Source of the DNA: a virus
Lineage: Duplodnaviria > Caudoviricetes
Reading direction: 5' to 3' (one strand)
Virus record (IMG/VR): IMGVR_UViG_3300044847_000031
Coordinates: 1 to 38,564 of that record
Length of the DNA: 38,564 nucleotides
The notes beneath the pieces were generated by a model. That model searched no databases, was not told the origin of the DNA, and was given only the letters and a program-made list of their open reading frames with translations. A program made the position numbers and the translations under genes. Each line of letters opens with the position of its first letter. Position 1 is the first letter of the stretch. This document shows, piece after piece, positions 16,418 to 26,000 of the stretch.

Positions 16418-17563
16418 CTAGAAGGTCGCAGGTTTCGACAACAGGATACCCGAAAGCGACCTCGGGTAGGTGGTCCCAGGCTGCCGGATCGTGGGCGTCC
16501 CCGCCACCGCGCCGTTTACCCGGCGCCATTCGATCTTGAAGCTGGTAGTCGTCCCGGAGAAACTGACGACCGGTGCGATGATGGCGCACGGCACCACGAT
16601 CGCACCGGTCTGCACGGCCGGGTTCGCACCGGAGCTGGGTAGCATCTTCCGCAAGTCAATCGTCGTGCGCTTCACTTCGACGAAACCACCACCGTTATTG
16701 TTCCGCATGAGCCGGATTTCGGCCTGCGGAAAGTTCGCGTCGAGTGTGCCCTGGTTCAATTCGATCGCGCCCTCATAGGTCAGCAGGATGGGCGTAACGG
16801 CGTCGAAACTGCCGTTCCCTATCACGTCCGTGATCGTCATCCCCGTCATCGTCACGAAATTTGTTCCAGGGTCGGCCAGGTCCGAGGAGCCGTTCGCCTG
16901 CCAGAACGCCCCAGCGGCACCGGAACTCATCTTCACGTAGGTCACGGTCCCATCGGCAAGACCCGTGAACTTCAGCAGGGACCGCGCGTCCAGCTTGATG
17001 TAGCTGTTCACCAGGTCGTCGGCGTCCTTGATGACGACACCCGTCCCCGAGAAACGGATGTAGATCTCGGCGATGGGAACCTTCGTCGTCGGATAGCTCG
17101 GGGCCACAGGGGCTCCAGCCTCGACGCCTGCCGTGATGGAGAGAACGCCCGCGTCATCGATGGAAAGAACATCGATCCGGTTTTGCCCGGCTCCTGAGGT
17201 GTTGGCGAAGGCACCGGAGTTGCCGCCCGCGTAAATCCTGGTCGCCAGTCCGTTGAGCGACAGGTAGGTTCCTGCCTGCACGGCGACCGTGTTATTCGGG
17301 CTCGACTGCGCCTTCGCCTTCAAGGTTGTGAAGGTCGAGAACAGAATCCCGACGATGTCACCTGACTGGATCTGACCGGCCAGGTCCAGTTTGGCGTAGG
17401 CGATCTTCTCCCCGGGATCCAGCGCCGTGTTGATGTTGGGATTCCCGACGTTCCCGTTGAGGTGCGCCTGGAGGCTCGCCACCAAGTCTTTCAGATCCTT
17501 GGCGACGAGTGGATCCCCGTCGTTCTTAGCGGGGAGCGAGGTGGGCGGAACCCAAAGGCTCAA
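16418..17563 (-). CDS. Tail fibre / receptor-binding protein 2
   Basis: Beta-rich Gly/Thr composition, NRIDVL...G.EAGAPVAPSYP fibre motif, N-terminus homologous to the upstream tailspike. Confidence 0.7.
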   Translation of the reverse strand: MSLWVPPTSLPAKNDGDPLVAKDLKDLVASLQAHLNGNVGNPNINTALDPGEKIAYAKLDLAGQIQSGDIVGILFSTFTTLKAKAQSSPNNTVAVQAGTYLSLNGLATRIYAGGNSGAFANTSGAGQNRIDVLSIDDAGVLSITAGVEAGAPVAPSYPTTKVPIAEIYIRFSGTGVVIKDADDLVNSYIKLDARSLLKFTGLADGTVTYVKMSSGAAGAFWQANGSSDLADPGTNFVTMTGMTITDVIGNGSFDAVTPILLTYEGAIELNQGTLDANFPQAEIRLMRNNNGGGFVEVKRTTIDLRKMLPSSGANPAVQTGAIVVPCAIIAPVVSFSGTTTSFKIEWRRVNGAVAGTPTIRQPGTTYPRSLSGILLSKPATF

Positions 17564-19620
17564 TTCGGACTCCTCCCCTGTTCATACCACAGCCCATTGC
17601 GCCTCATCAGGGTGAGCAAGCTGGTGGCAGTCGGGTTGTAGTTGGCCGATCCGTTCAAGAAGATATTCGTCCCGTCCTGGTAGGTCGTGTTCGCGTCGGT
17701 GTGGTGCAGGATGACGATCTGCCCGTCTCGGCCGCCCGTGAGGTTCGTAACGGTCGTGGCTCCTCCGTTTGTCACCATGGCAGTCTGAACGCATTCGACA
17801 GAAGGAGTCGCGCCGCTGAGGACTGGAACCCCGAGGTCGGCGCTCGTGTTGGTGTTGTTGTTTTGGAACGTCACGCTCTGGTCGATCGAGATCCTGGTCA
17901 GAGTCGTGGCCGTCCCCTTGATGCCGAATTTCCCCGCTACGCTGTGGTTCCGGATCGAACCCCCAACGATGTTCACGTCGCTGCAAAGAACGCCAGCAAG
18001 GAGGACCCCGTCATCAAGATTAGCGTCCACGGTCACACCCGTCATGTCCACGCCCACCACGTTCACCAGACGCACGCCGTTCAACGTGTTGGCGCTGTAA
18101 CAGCCCCCAGTGATGGCGATCCGTCTGGCCCTTTGTCCGGCAGCTCCAACTTGCTCACCATCAATGACCAGTCCGTGCGTCGCATTGCCGACGCAGACGC
18201 AACCAGCAACCGTCCCGTCGGTTGATTCGGCGCCCGACGTAACTGTCCCCTCGCCGATCTGGATGCCGAATCCAGAGGTGGAGTCGGTGCAGACGACACC
18301 CGCAAGGGTGAAACGCTGTCGACCCCTGATGTTGACGCCGCCCAGGCCGCACGCGACGCACACAAGGCCGGTGACTGTCAGCACCTTCGACGATGTTGGT
18401 CCATCCGTGAGGGAGGCGAACCCGACGCCGGCACAGGCGGTGACATGGTTGACCCCGACCACCACGTTGTTCCATCCACCGACGGCCATGCCGTTCTTGA
18501 GGGAGTTGAGCACGTTCCGAACGCGGTTCCCGTTCATCTCCACGTCCGAGTCCAGACCGCTCACCTCGATCCCGTTGTCGGAATTGACCGCGACGGTGTC
18601 GACCGTGTTTCCGTTGATCTTCGCCCGCCCGGTGCCAGTGGAATCGAAAAAGATCCCATTGCCGCCATCCGTCACGTTCTGCTGCCCGGCACTCTTGATC
18701 CAGTTGCAGGTGATGTCCACCTGACCGGAGGCCGTCACCTTGATACCGTTCCCCCAGGTGTTCACGATCTTGTTGTCGTGAACGGTGGTGATGTCGCTGT
18801 TCGCGCCGTCCACCACGATCGCGGCCTGGCTCAGGCCGGTCGTCGTGTTGTCGGTGCCGATGTTCTCAAAGACGTTGGTGCTGATGTCAACCTGCGTGAT
18901 GGCGGCGTTCGACGTGGCCAAGTAGAGCGCGGCGTGCGCGTTGGTCGTCACGTTGGTCAAGGTGTTGTGGAAGTAGCTCCGCTGGACCCACGCCCGCTTC
19001 ACGGCGGCGGCTGCGGCCGTCTGGATGTAGAGCCCATCGGCTCGGCAGTTGCCGAACTCGCATCGGTCAACCTGGAGGTTCGTGACGCGTTTCATGTGGA
19101 CCAGCACATTTGTATTGCTGGTCTGGTTCAGGTAGTTCCCATCGAAGGTGATGTCGCTGATGGAGAGGTTCGAGTTTCCGCCGCTCGTGTCCGCGTTTTG
19201 CCAGAGGATCACGTTGGCGCTGTTGGCCAACTTGACCGTCGTAACTCCCATGCCTTGCGCCTGTACGTGGATATTCGAGGGATGACTGACCGTAGCACTC
19301 ACGAGGTGGGTTCCACCGCGGACGATGACCTTCGTCGCCCCGACGACGGCGGCCGCGTTGAGTGCCTCCTGTATCCCGGCGGTGCTGCTCCCTGCGGCGT
19401 TGGGGTTGGCGTAGATGATCGCGGTTCCCTTCGTCATCGTGCCGGTGGTTCCCAGGAACACCGCCAACTCGCCGTCGATGGACAGACCTGGACCCGTCAC
19501 GTCACCGCTGGTCAGCAGGAACGTCTGGAGACTGGCGATGACGTCCTTCAGGTCCTTGGCGGTCAGCGGATCGCCGTCGTTTTTCGACGGGATGGCGGTC
19601 GGGGGGATCCAGTTTCCCAC
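17560..19620 (-). CDS. Tailspike with right-handed parallel beta-helix (pectate-lyase-like depolymerase)
   Basis: STAGIQEALNAAA...GGTHLVS...NLSISDITFDGN and repeated Asn/Gly-Ile beta-helix rungs. Confidence 0.8.
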   Translation of the reverse strand: MGNWIPPTAIPSKNDGDPLTAKDLKDVIASLQTFLLTSGDVTGPGLSIDGELAVFLGTTGTMTKGTAIIYANPNAAGSSTAGIQEALNAAAVVGATKVIVRGGTHLVSATVSHPSNIHVQAQGMGVTTVKLANSANVILWQNADTSGGNSNLSISDITFDGNYLNQTSNTNVLVHMKRVTNLQVDRCEFGNCRADGLYIQTAAAAAVKRAWVQRSYFHNTLTNVTTNAHAALYLATSNAAITQVDISTNVFENIGTDNTTTGLSQAAIVVDGANSDITTVHDNKIVNTWGNGIKVTASGQVDITCNWIKSAGQQNVTDGGNGIFFDSTGTGRAKINGNTVDTVAVNSDNGIEVSGLDSDVEMNGNRVRNVLNSLKNGMAVGGWNNVVVGVNHVTACAGVGFASLTDGPTSSKVLTVTGLVCVACGLGGVNIRGRQRFTLAGVVCTDSTSGFGIQIGEGTVTSGAESTDGTVAGCVCVGNATHGLVIDGEQVGAAGQRARRIAITGGCYSANTLNGVRLVNVVGVDMTGVTVDANLDDGVLLAGVLCSDVNIVGGSIRNHSVAGKFGIKGTATTLTRISIDQSVTFQNNNTNTSADLGVPVLSGATPSVECVQTAMVTNGGATTVTNLTGGRDGQIVILHHTDANTTYQDGTNIFLNGSANYNPTATSLLTLMRRNGLWYEQGRSPN

Positions 19621-19623
19621 GTC

Positions 19624-19932
19624 CTACCTCACCCTCAGGAGCACTTGGTCCGCCGCGACGGTTGACTTGGCGAAGATGCGTCGAGCGTTCCATTCGGAGA
19701 ATCGGCTGGCGTAGACGACCCCGCCCTTGGTGGTCCTCATGGTCTCGATAGACCGAGGGACCACGTTGCGCAGGTTGTGGACGATCTCAAATTCCGTGTT
19801 CGCGGTCGGTGCCGTCACCATCTCAATTTCGATTCCCTGAAGATCCTGGATCGCGGCGTTGTGCTCGCGGTCCTGCTCCGCCCGGCGAGGCTCCGGGTCG
19901 ATGTAGCTGAGACCGACGCGCTTGAAGGTCAT
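19624..19932 (-). CDS. Small tail-associated protein
   Basis: ATG 19932 overlaps the nozzle stop; FEIVHNLRNVVP motif. Confidence 0.55.
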   Translation of the reverse strand: MTFKRVGLSYIDPEPRRAEQDREHNAAIQDLQGIEIEMVTAPTANTEFEIVHNLRNVVPRSIETMRTTKGGVVYASRFSEWNARRIFAKSTVAADQVLLRVR

Positions 19933-22388
19933 GGCTGTCCGTCCGCGTTGTGCCAGAGGTTCGCCTTGTAGATCTCGAAGTCGGCAACGCCGTCCTGCTC
20001 GAACTCGAAAAGAATCCAGCGCGCGTTTGTCGGCGGGAGCCGCAGCTTCTTCCGGTGAGCGTAGGACGCCCCAAGGTGAGACTGCCCGAGAATGAAGGTC
20101 GTCGCACCGAGGACCTCGGCACCGTTGCCGCTCAGGACTGCCAGAACGGAGGCCGACGGCACGCCCACGGAGTAATCGTGCCAAGCCCGCACCGTCAGAT
20201 TGCTCGCGCTCGACTGCCGGAGCTCCAGTTCCAGAAAGACAAAGGTGTGCAGGAGATCTCCGCCGGAGGGCGACAGCAGCGCCGTCCGGTGCCGCGAGCG
20301 ATAGGCAGCCCCGTCGTCGCTGGTGCCGGTGTCGATTCGGTAGATCTGCCCATCGGCCGAAAGGATCCAGGTCTCGCGGACCTCACCCGACAGTTCGACC
20401 TCGGTCGCGGCCAGGGCGCTCTGGTCGTCGATGGACGAGGCGGCCGTGTGTCCTGGGCCGAGTCCCTTGTCGAAGGACCGATCCACGAGCACGCTGTTGT
20501 GGTGGAGCTTCCAAGCCAGATCGTTCTGAGCAAACCCCTTGCTGTTGACGTAGAGGAGATACTGGTAGCGGGCACGCACCTGGGTTGCGCAAGCCTTCGA
20601 AAGCCGCTCGCGGAACACGAGCTCGTTCCAGGTGTTCTGCTGGAGGTTCGTTGTCTTCCGGACGGAGTTATCCTGTGCCAGGGCGTAGATTCCATCCGAT
20701 CCGGGGTAGTAGGTGCGATTCTCGACGCTCAGAATGCCCTTGTGCGACATGGACCCCCGGTCCGTCTTGATGGTGCGGAACCGGATGAACTCCTCTCCGC
20801 CGACGTAAAAGCCTTCGAGGATGGCGTTGGGCTTGAAGCACAGCGCCCGAATACCGTCGTAGTGCAGGCCCGAGACGATGTCGTTGTCGTCCCGGCCTAC
20901 GGCTACCGCCAGATCTACCGGCCAGTTCTCCGGACCCGCACCGTCCGCTGGCGAGGAGATGTTCACGACGCTGGGAGTGTCGCTGAAACTGGCCAGGAGG
21001 ACCCCCAGCTCGGGCCACGAGGTGAAGAACTTCGCTGGCTTCGGCGCGTCCAGGTCGGGATCCAGTTCATCGCCCATCTGCGAGTCGGCGACGCCCTCGA
21101 TGTAGGTCCCGGCCCCGTTGAGGATCTCCCCGTCCGTCGCTTGGCTCACCCGGCGGAACACCGTGGACGTGGGCGACAGCCGATAGATCCGGATGTGCGT
21201 CACCTGCGGATCCGTGCTCGCGGGGATGCCGGAATACTGGATTCGGTCGTCTCCGCCGCCAGCAACGATGGTGATCTTGTGCCCCGGGTCGCGCTTGTGC
21301 GGTGCGCTCTCGACCCCCGTGATGGTCGAGTAGTAGGTCACAGCGATGTAGTGATCCCCGTCAGCGAGGCTTCCCCCGCCGTTCACTTGCACGGTCGTAA
21401 TCGGCGAGGTGAAGTTGTCTATCCCCATCTGGAAGACGCTCGTCCCGTTCGGCATGACCTTGCGGTTCTTGCTCACCCCATCGCACAAGTAAAGACGATC
21501 GTTGAACACGACGTGATTAACCTCGGCATCTGGGTCGAAAAAGAGGCCCATGTCGACCCAGGTTTGTGTCACATCGTCGAGCCGGTAGAGGTGTCCGTCC
21601 ACCACGGCGTATTCGTCCTTCGCGCCCTTGTAGGTCGGATCCGACAGCCGGCGGAACTGGATGAGATCCTGGCCGCGTCCCGGGCCGAGCGTCAGGTTAT
21701 CCACGCTGAGAGAAAAGGTCAGTGCACCAGCCACGAAAGTATGCGTGATGGAGAACTCGATCTCGGTGATGTTCGCCCAGTTGGGAACCCCCGTCTTGGT
21801 GAACTGGTAGCGCTTGACGCGATGGTATCGACCGACCTCCTTGATGAGGGTAGGATTCGTAGCCGAGTCCGCCAGGACGTAAGAAAACTCGTTGCCGACG
21901 CTGGTGCGGAAGTAGAGGGTCAGACTGTAGGCCAGCGGATCATGGTAGAGGAACATCCACAGGGAGAACACGTCCATCGGATTGCCGTCGAGGTTCAAAG
22001 TCAGCCCGCTGCGCTTGGCTCCCCAGGTGTAGAGATTCGGGCCACCGAGGGCGGCGCTGATGCTCAACGCTCTGGTTCCGGTCGCTCCGATCTCCTTCAT
22101 GACGAAATTGGTGGTGTCGAACGCGAGGGAGGTGTTGACTGCGGTCCAGGTTTCCGAAGGCTCGAAGTTGGAAACCTGTCGGGCCCCGGGGGCGTTCTCG
22201 GCGATCCTCTGGATACCGCCACGGCGCGCGATGGTGCGGCGGTCGTAATTGACATTCCTGGCGAACAGTGCCGCCCGGCCGGCGAGCCGAGGATCTGTCG
22301 GTGATACGTTGTCGATGATTCCCAGGTCGAATTGAGGGAAGACGACGCGCTGATGATCGACCACGGGACGGGTCTGGATTAGGCCCAC
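19929..22388 (-). CDS. Tail nozzle / packaged-DNA stabilisation protein (P22 gp10 / T7 gp12-like)
   Basis: 819 aa, beta-propeller-like repeats, RNVNYDRRTIARRGG N-terminal motif, position after the adaptor. Confidence 0.65.
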   Translation of the reverse strand: MGLIQTRPVVDHQRVVFPQFDLGIIDNVSPTDPRLAGRAALFARNVNYDRRTIARRGGIQRIAENAPGARQVSNFEPSETWTAVNTSLAFDTTNFVMKEIGATGTRALSISAALGGPNLYTWGAKRSGLTLNLDGNPMDVFSLWMFLYHDPLAYSLTLYFRTSVGNEFSYVLADSATNPTLIKEVGRYHRVKRYQFTKTGVPNWANITEIEFSITHTFVAGALTFSLSVDNLTLGPGRGQDLIQFRRLSDPTYKGAKDEYAVVDGHLYRLDDVTQTWVDMGLFFDPDAEVNHVVFNDRLYLCDGVSKNRKVMPNGTSVFQMGIDNFTSPITTVQVNGGGSLADGDHYIAVTYYSTITGVESAPHKRDPGHKITIVAGGGDDRIQYSGIPASTDPQVTHIRIYRLSPTSTVFRRVSQATDGEILNGAGTYIEGVADSQMGDELDPDLDAPKPAKFFTSWPELGVLLASFSDTPSVVNISSPADGAGPENWPVDLAVAVGRDDNDIVSGLHYDGIRALCFKPNAILEGFYVGGEEFIRFRTIKTDRGSMSHKGILSVENRTYYPGSDGIYALAQDNSVRKTTNLQQNTWNELVFRERLSKACATQVRARYQYLLYVNSKGFAQNDLAWKLHHNSVLVDRSFDKGLGPGHTAASSIDDQSALAATEVELSGEVRETWILSADGQIYRIDTGTSDDGAAYRSRHRTALLSPSGGDLLHTFVFLELELRQSSASNLTVRAWHDYSVGVPSASVLAVLSGNGAEVLGATTFILGQSHLGASYAHRKKLRLPPTNARWILFEFEQDGVADFEIYKANLWHNADGQP

Positions 22389-22407
22389 GGCGGAACGCTC
22401 CTCTACG

Positions 22408-22938
22408 CTACCCGGCCACGAACCCCCGGATCCCCTGGCGCGGAAAGGTGATCTGCTCGAGCGAGAAGTCGTCGAAGAACAGGTCGGAAAACCCTGGGTT
22501 CCCCAGAGGCGGATTGATCAGGGCGACGATTTCCATCTGCGTATCGCCGTGAATTATCGGGTCGAACTCGAACGGTCCAATTTGCGTGTAGTCCGGTCGT
22601 GCGACAGAAATGACGGTGTCGAGATAGGTGCTCGAACTCTGCAGACCCTTCAACTGAAGTTCTCCCTGAATGCCTACTCCCAGGGTCGGAACCTTGTAGA
22701 ACACGCTGAAGCGGTGGAGAAACCCCCGCTGGACATCCACCACCTGCGACCACCGACCGCACGTCTGGGTCCCGGGCCCCGCCTTGCCCCCACGGACCAT
22801 CATCCGGAAGTTTCCGGTTCTGGCGTTGGCCGGGTCGGCGATGATATTTCCGCCCGGCAGCGTGCAACCTGAAAAGAACGACCACAGCCCGTTATCTCCC
22901 TGCTCAAGACCTGGGTTCTTGATGAGGTTGATCCCCAT
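22408..22938 (-). CDS. Carbohydrate-binding-module-like (CBM4/9, galactose-binding fold) virion protein
   Basis: NLIKNPGLEQG...W...ARTG...SQVVDV..G..HRFSVFYK...FFDDFSL signature. Confidence 0.65.
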   Translation of the reverse strand: MGINLIKNPGLEQGDNGLWSFFSGCTLPGGNIIADPANARTGNFRMMVRGGKAGPGTQTCGRWSQVVDVQRGFLHRFSVFYKVPTLGVGIQGELQLKGLQSSSTYLDTVISVARPDYTQIGPFEFDPIIHGDTQMEIVALINPPLGNPGFSDLFFDDFSLEQITFPRQGIRGFVAG

Positions 22939-22950
22939 TCGAGAATCCTC

Positions 22951-23139
22951 TCAAGGGATCGCTTCCGGATCGATCGTGGCCGCGTTGGCCGTCACTCCGT
23001 GGTCATACGCCGTGACCGTCTTGGCGGCCACCTTGTCTTTCGCTGCCTGCTTCGCGTCCTGTGCGGTGGCGGCTTGGACGATCATGAAGTACTTGTCCGT
23101 CACCTTCACGTAGACGTTCCAGAAAGGAACTACCGCCAT
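22951..23139 (-). CDS. Small hypothetical structural-region protein
   Basis: 62 aa, AAGGGG SD. Confidence 0.5.
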   Translation of the reverse strand: MAVVPFWNVYVKVTDKYFMIVQAATAQDAKQAAKDKVAAKTVTAYDHGVTANAATIDPEAIP

Positions 23140-23152
23140 CTCAGACCCCTTT

Positions 23153-23446
23153 CTAACTCCAGATGATCACGTCGAAGGCAACGTCAGCTCCGCCGGTGCG
23201 GATGTGGAAAAGAGTGAACGGATCGCCGGGCTGAAAGACGCCGAGTTCGACGGACTCACCCGCCCCGAGGTTGTAGTAGGGTCCCCCGGTGACGAGTCCG
23301 ATCCGCATCGTCCCGGAAGAGCGGACCCTCACCCCGGCGAGAGGGAGCCTTCCGGATTTCGACGATGTCGCCAGATTGATGCTTCCTTCCCCCACGGCGG
23401 CTGTCGCGTTGATGATCTTCGCGTTGCGAATATCCAATCCTGCCAC
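23153..23446 (-). CDS. Small beta-rich virion protein
   Basis: GGGAGG SD; LGAGESVEL motif. Confidence 0.55.
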   Translation of the reverse strand: MAGLDIRNAKIINATAAVGEGSINLATSSKSGRLPLAGVRVRSSGTMRIGLVTGGPYYNLGAGESVELGVFQPGDPFTLFHIRTGGADVAFDVIIWS

Positions 23447-23473
23447 TGTGAGCCTCCCTGCTGCGCTACGCCC

Positions 23474-23944
23474 TTACGGCAGATAGCTGAGGTTGCGATT
23501 GGCCTCGAAGACCACCTTGCTGATGTTGAAGGTCGGCCGCGTTGCCGTCCCGAGCGTGCCAGTCTCGGTCCACTGAGCCTCGAGGATCTCGCCCTTGATG
23601 ATGGAGATCCCATTCCCGAAAAGCTGGATGACCTGTCCGGCGGGTGCTGGCACGAGGGCCCCGGTCACGGCGCTGAAGATGGTCTTGAGCTGGGTCACGG
23701 CGGCGGCGGTCACCGCCCCGGTCAAGCCTCTCTTGTTCAGGACGAGAGTTTCGAGCAGGTCCACGCTGTTCCCGACCGCGCCAGCCACGGCAATGACCAG
23801 TTCGAGCACTTTGATACGTCCTCCCTGAGGGGCGACGTATTTCGGCAGGACGATCGCAGTGGTCGTAGGGGCGAAAGGCAGCGCGGCGTTCTGCGGACCC
23901 TGGCCTGCCAGAATCCACTCCCTCATGTTCTCCAGTCGCATCAT
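23474..23944 (-). CDS. Putative virion (decoration-like) protein
   Basis: AAGGAG SD; beta-rich, Ala/Val/Thr-rich. Confidence 0.55.
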   Translation of the reverse strand: MMRLENMREWILAGQGPQNAALPFAPTTTAIVLPKYVAPQGGRIKVLELVIAVAGAVGNSVDLLETLVLNKRGLTGAVTAAAVTQLKTIFSAVTGALVPAPAGQVIQLFGNGISIIKGEILEAQWTETGTLGTATRPTFNISKVVFEANRNLSYLP

Positions 23945-24000
23945 GTCGGGTGCTCCTTACTCCGGGTCGTGGCCCGGTCAACAAGGTGAAAGGAACGTGG

Positions 24001-24912
24001 TCAATACATCCCGTCCCAAGGGTCGAAAGGCTGGATCCCACGCTCGGATCCGCCCGTTCTGCGCTCGAGTCCAGGAATCTCCTCCTCGAGGGCGTTGTAG
24101 CGGGCAACGAGTTGCGCGGTGTTCTGGTTGTATTTCCCCTTCGCGGCGATCGCGGTGAAGAGCTGCACCATCCTCCACACAGGCTTCGGAATCATCGTCT
24201 CCGTCGCATACAGACTGGTGGTGTCGGGCTGTGTCGTCCAGGGAGTCTCCACGGTGGCGACGCGAGTCGCTCCCACGTAGCCCGAGATGCGCCGGCGCTG
24301 TCCAGCCCCAACTCCCTCGGTGATGCCGATCACAACCTGGTCGTAATAGTGGTCGGTCGGGTCGGCCGCCGCCCCGCTGAAGTCGGCCGCGTCTGAAGCC
24401 TGCAGGGTAATGGTGCTTGCGCCGCCGGCCTCTGCCTTGCCGAAGGTCAGTTCCGGGGCCTCCCCGTTGAACCAGCAGCGGAACGTAGGGACCGCACTTG
24501 CCTGCGGAGGCGGGTCGAAATGGATCTGGTCCCCAAACAGGGTGTAGGCGAAGGAGGCTGCGACGGTCGGATCCTGGGAAGGCGTGAGAACCGGAGGCGT
24601 GATCGACGTGACACGGGACTCGAGCACAGGATCTCGAGCCCCGTTCACGACGTATTCGACCGACCGCATCCGGATGAACCGTGACGGCAGATCGTAAATC
24701 GCCACCCCCGGAAGCGCGGTGATGTCGAAGTAGTAGCCGAAGAAATCCTCCTGCAGGTCAACGATCTGCCCGGCGATCTGGTCCTGCCCCTCGTTCGCCC
24801 ACTCCAGGAGCTCGAGGTCGTTCCAGAGGGTGCCGAGCGGATCGGCCGAGTTGGTCTCCTTCAGTTCTCTCCGGGCCGCTGCGATGATGGCCCGGGCGTT
24901 CTTGGCGGCCAC
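24001..24912 (-). CDS. Head-tail adaptor protein (P22 gp4 / T7 gp11-like)
   Basis: IIAAARREL...WNDLELLEWANEGQ...YDLPSRFIRMRSV pattern typical of podophage adaptors. Confidence 0.65.
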   Translation of the reverse strand: MAAKNARAIIAAARRELKETNSADPLGTLWNDLELLEWANEGQDQIAGQIVDLQEDFFGYYFDITALPGVAIYDLPSRFIRMRSVEYVVNGARDPVLESRVTSITPPVLTPSQDPTVAASFAYTLFGDQIHFDPPPQASAVPTFRCWFNGEAPELTFGKAEAGGASTITLQASDAADFSGAAADPTDHYYDQVVIGITEGVGAGQRRRISGYVGATRVATVETPWTTQPDTTSLYATETMIPKPVWRMVQLFTAIAAKGKYNQNTAQLVARYNALEEEIPGLERRTGGSERGIQPFDPWDGMY

Positions 24913-24927
24913 GTGGTTCCCCTTGGG

Positions 24928-25554
24928 CTACTTCGAGCCCTTTCCCTGCCGAGCGTGGCGGATCCGACCTGCCCGTCTCGCGCGAACGGCTGCGGTGACG
25001 GTTTCCCCGCTCAGGTCGGAGGCGTCCAGGAGTTCGGCCCGCTCCTCCTCGACGTGCTTGTCCTTCCCGCCCTTCGCCTTGACCAGTTCGTCGAGAAGTG
25101 CGGCGAGTTTCGCCTTCTCCGGACTGTCTGCCTTGATGCGCTTGACGGCCTGCCCCATCGAGCGGATCGCCGCCAGCATCGGGTCACCGCCTTCGGCTGC
25201 GTCGTGAGACACCTCGAGGGCTTCCCCGGTCTGCTCTTCCATCAACCTCGACAGCGCCTCGAGTTGATGGTTGGGCGGGGCCAGTTTCAACCCCTGTTTG
25301 GCCTGCTCGAGCTGGAACTGGTTGTACTCGCGGATCTGGTCACGGACGTGCGCGCACCAGACGGCCAGTGACTCCTTGCGTAGTTCCTCCAGGTCGTCCC
25401 CGTGCTTCACCTCGCGCAACGCCGGGTAGTTGTCCAGGATGGTCCGGCCACGGTGCGGCTGCTCGATGTTCACGATGGCGCCTGGATTGATGAGATAAAG
25501 CATCCCGTCGGCTCGCGCCTTCACGGGGACCGGGGTTCCGTTGAAAATCTGCAT
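24928..25554 (-). CDS. Hypothetical head-region protein
   Basis: AAAGGAG SD; 208 aa; operon context. Confidence 0.55.
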   Translation of the reverse strand: MQIFNGTPVPVKARADGMLYLINPGAIVNIEQPHRGRTILDNYPALREVKHGDDLEELRKESLAVWCAHVRDQIREYNQFQLEQAKQGLKLAPPNHQLEALSRLMEEQTGEALEVSHDAAEGGDPMLAAIRSMGQAVKRIKADSPEKAKLAALLDELVKAKGGKDKHVEEERAELLDASDLSGETVTAAVRARRAGRIRHARQGKGSK

Positions 25555-25568
25555 TTCACAGGCTCCTT

Positions 25569-25985
25569 TCAGAGTCCCACCAAGTTCGCTACCCGGCGGA
25601 GTGTTCTGCGGTTGTCTCGTGTGGCGTGGCGCAGATCGTCACGGAAATCCCGTGCTACCTTCGCCTCGTGTTCCTCTTCCTCCTGCTCGATCCGACGCAT
25701 CGCATCGTGCGCGTCCTTTGCCCCCTTCCACAGATCCCAGCGTGCGAGATCCTCCAGGATGCTCATGTCGAGGGGGCGGTATTCGTGCTCCTCAGTTTCA
25801 ACGACACCAATGAAGTGATAGCCCCCGCGGGATACCCGCAGAAGAGACCAGCGGCAGGCAGAGGAATCCCAACCGACCAGCAGGGCGGGGTCGTATGCCC
25901 GGAGGGCCGCCATGACGGCCGGCGCCTCGCTCTCGGCCCTGAGAATGTCGTATTGATTCCCTCTGCCCGCCACCGTACGAATCAC
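25569..25985 (-). CDS. Hypothetical head-region protein
   Basis: AAGGAGG SD; LRAYDPALLVGWD...YRPLD...LARWDLW; directly after the capsid gene. Confidence 0.6.
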   Translation of the reverse strand: MIRTVAGRGNQYDILRAESEAPAVMAALRAYDPALLVGWDSSACRWSLLRVSRGGYHFIGVVETEEHEYRPLDMSILEDLARWDLWKGAKDAHDAMRRIEQEEEEHEAKVARDFRDDLRHATRDNRRTLRRVANLVGL

Positions 25986-26000
25986 TGAGGTTCCGCCTCC

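Noticed and set aside
19950-22304. Long plus-strand ORFs (784 aa here; also 10212-11867, 18445-19665, 31958-33322)
   Set aside because: Antisense shadows of genuine minus-strand genes in GC-rich DNA; no recognisable motifs.
23335-23372. Possible gapped self-target of array unit 4 (tc tc aa . gg . . cc . gc) in the 97-aa structural gene
   Set aside because: Only about 6 of 11 dinucleotides match by eye, which is compatible with chance in 38 kb. A systematic search is needed.
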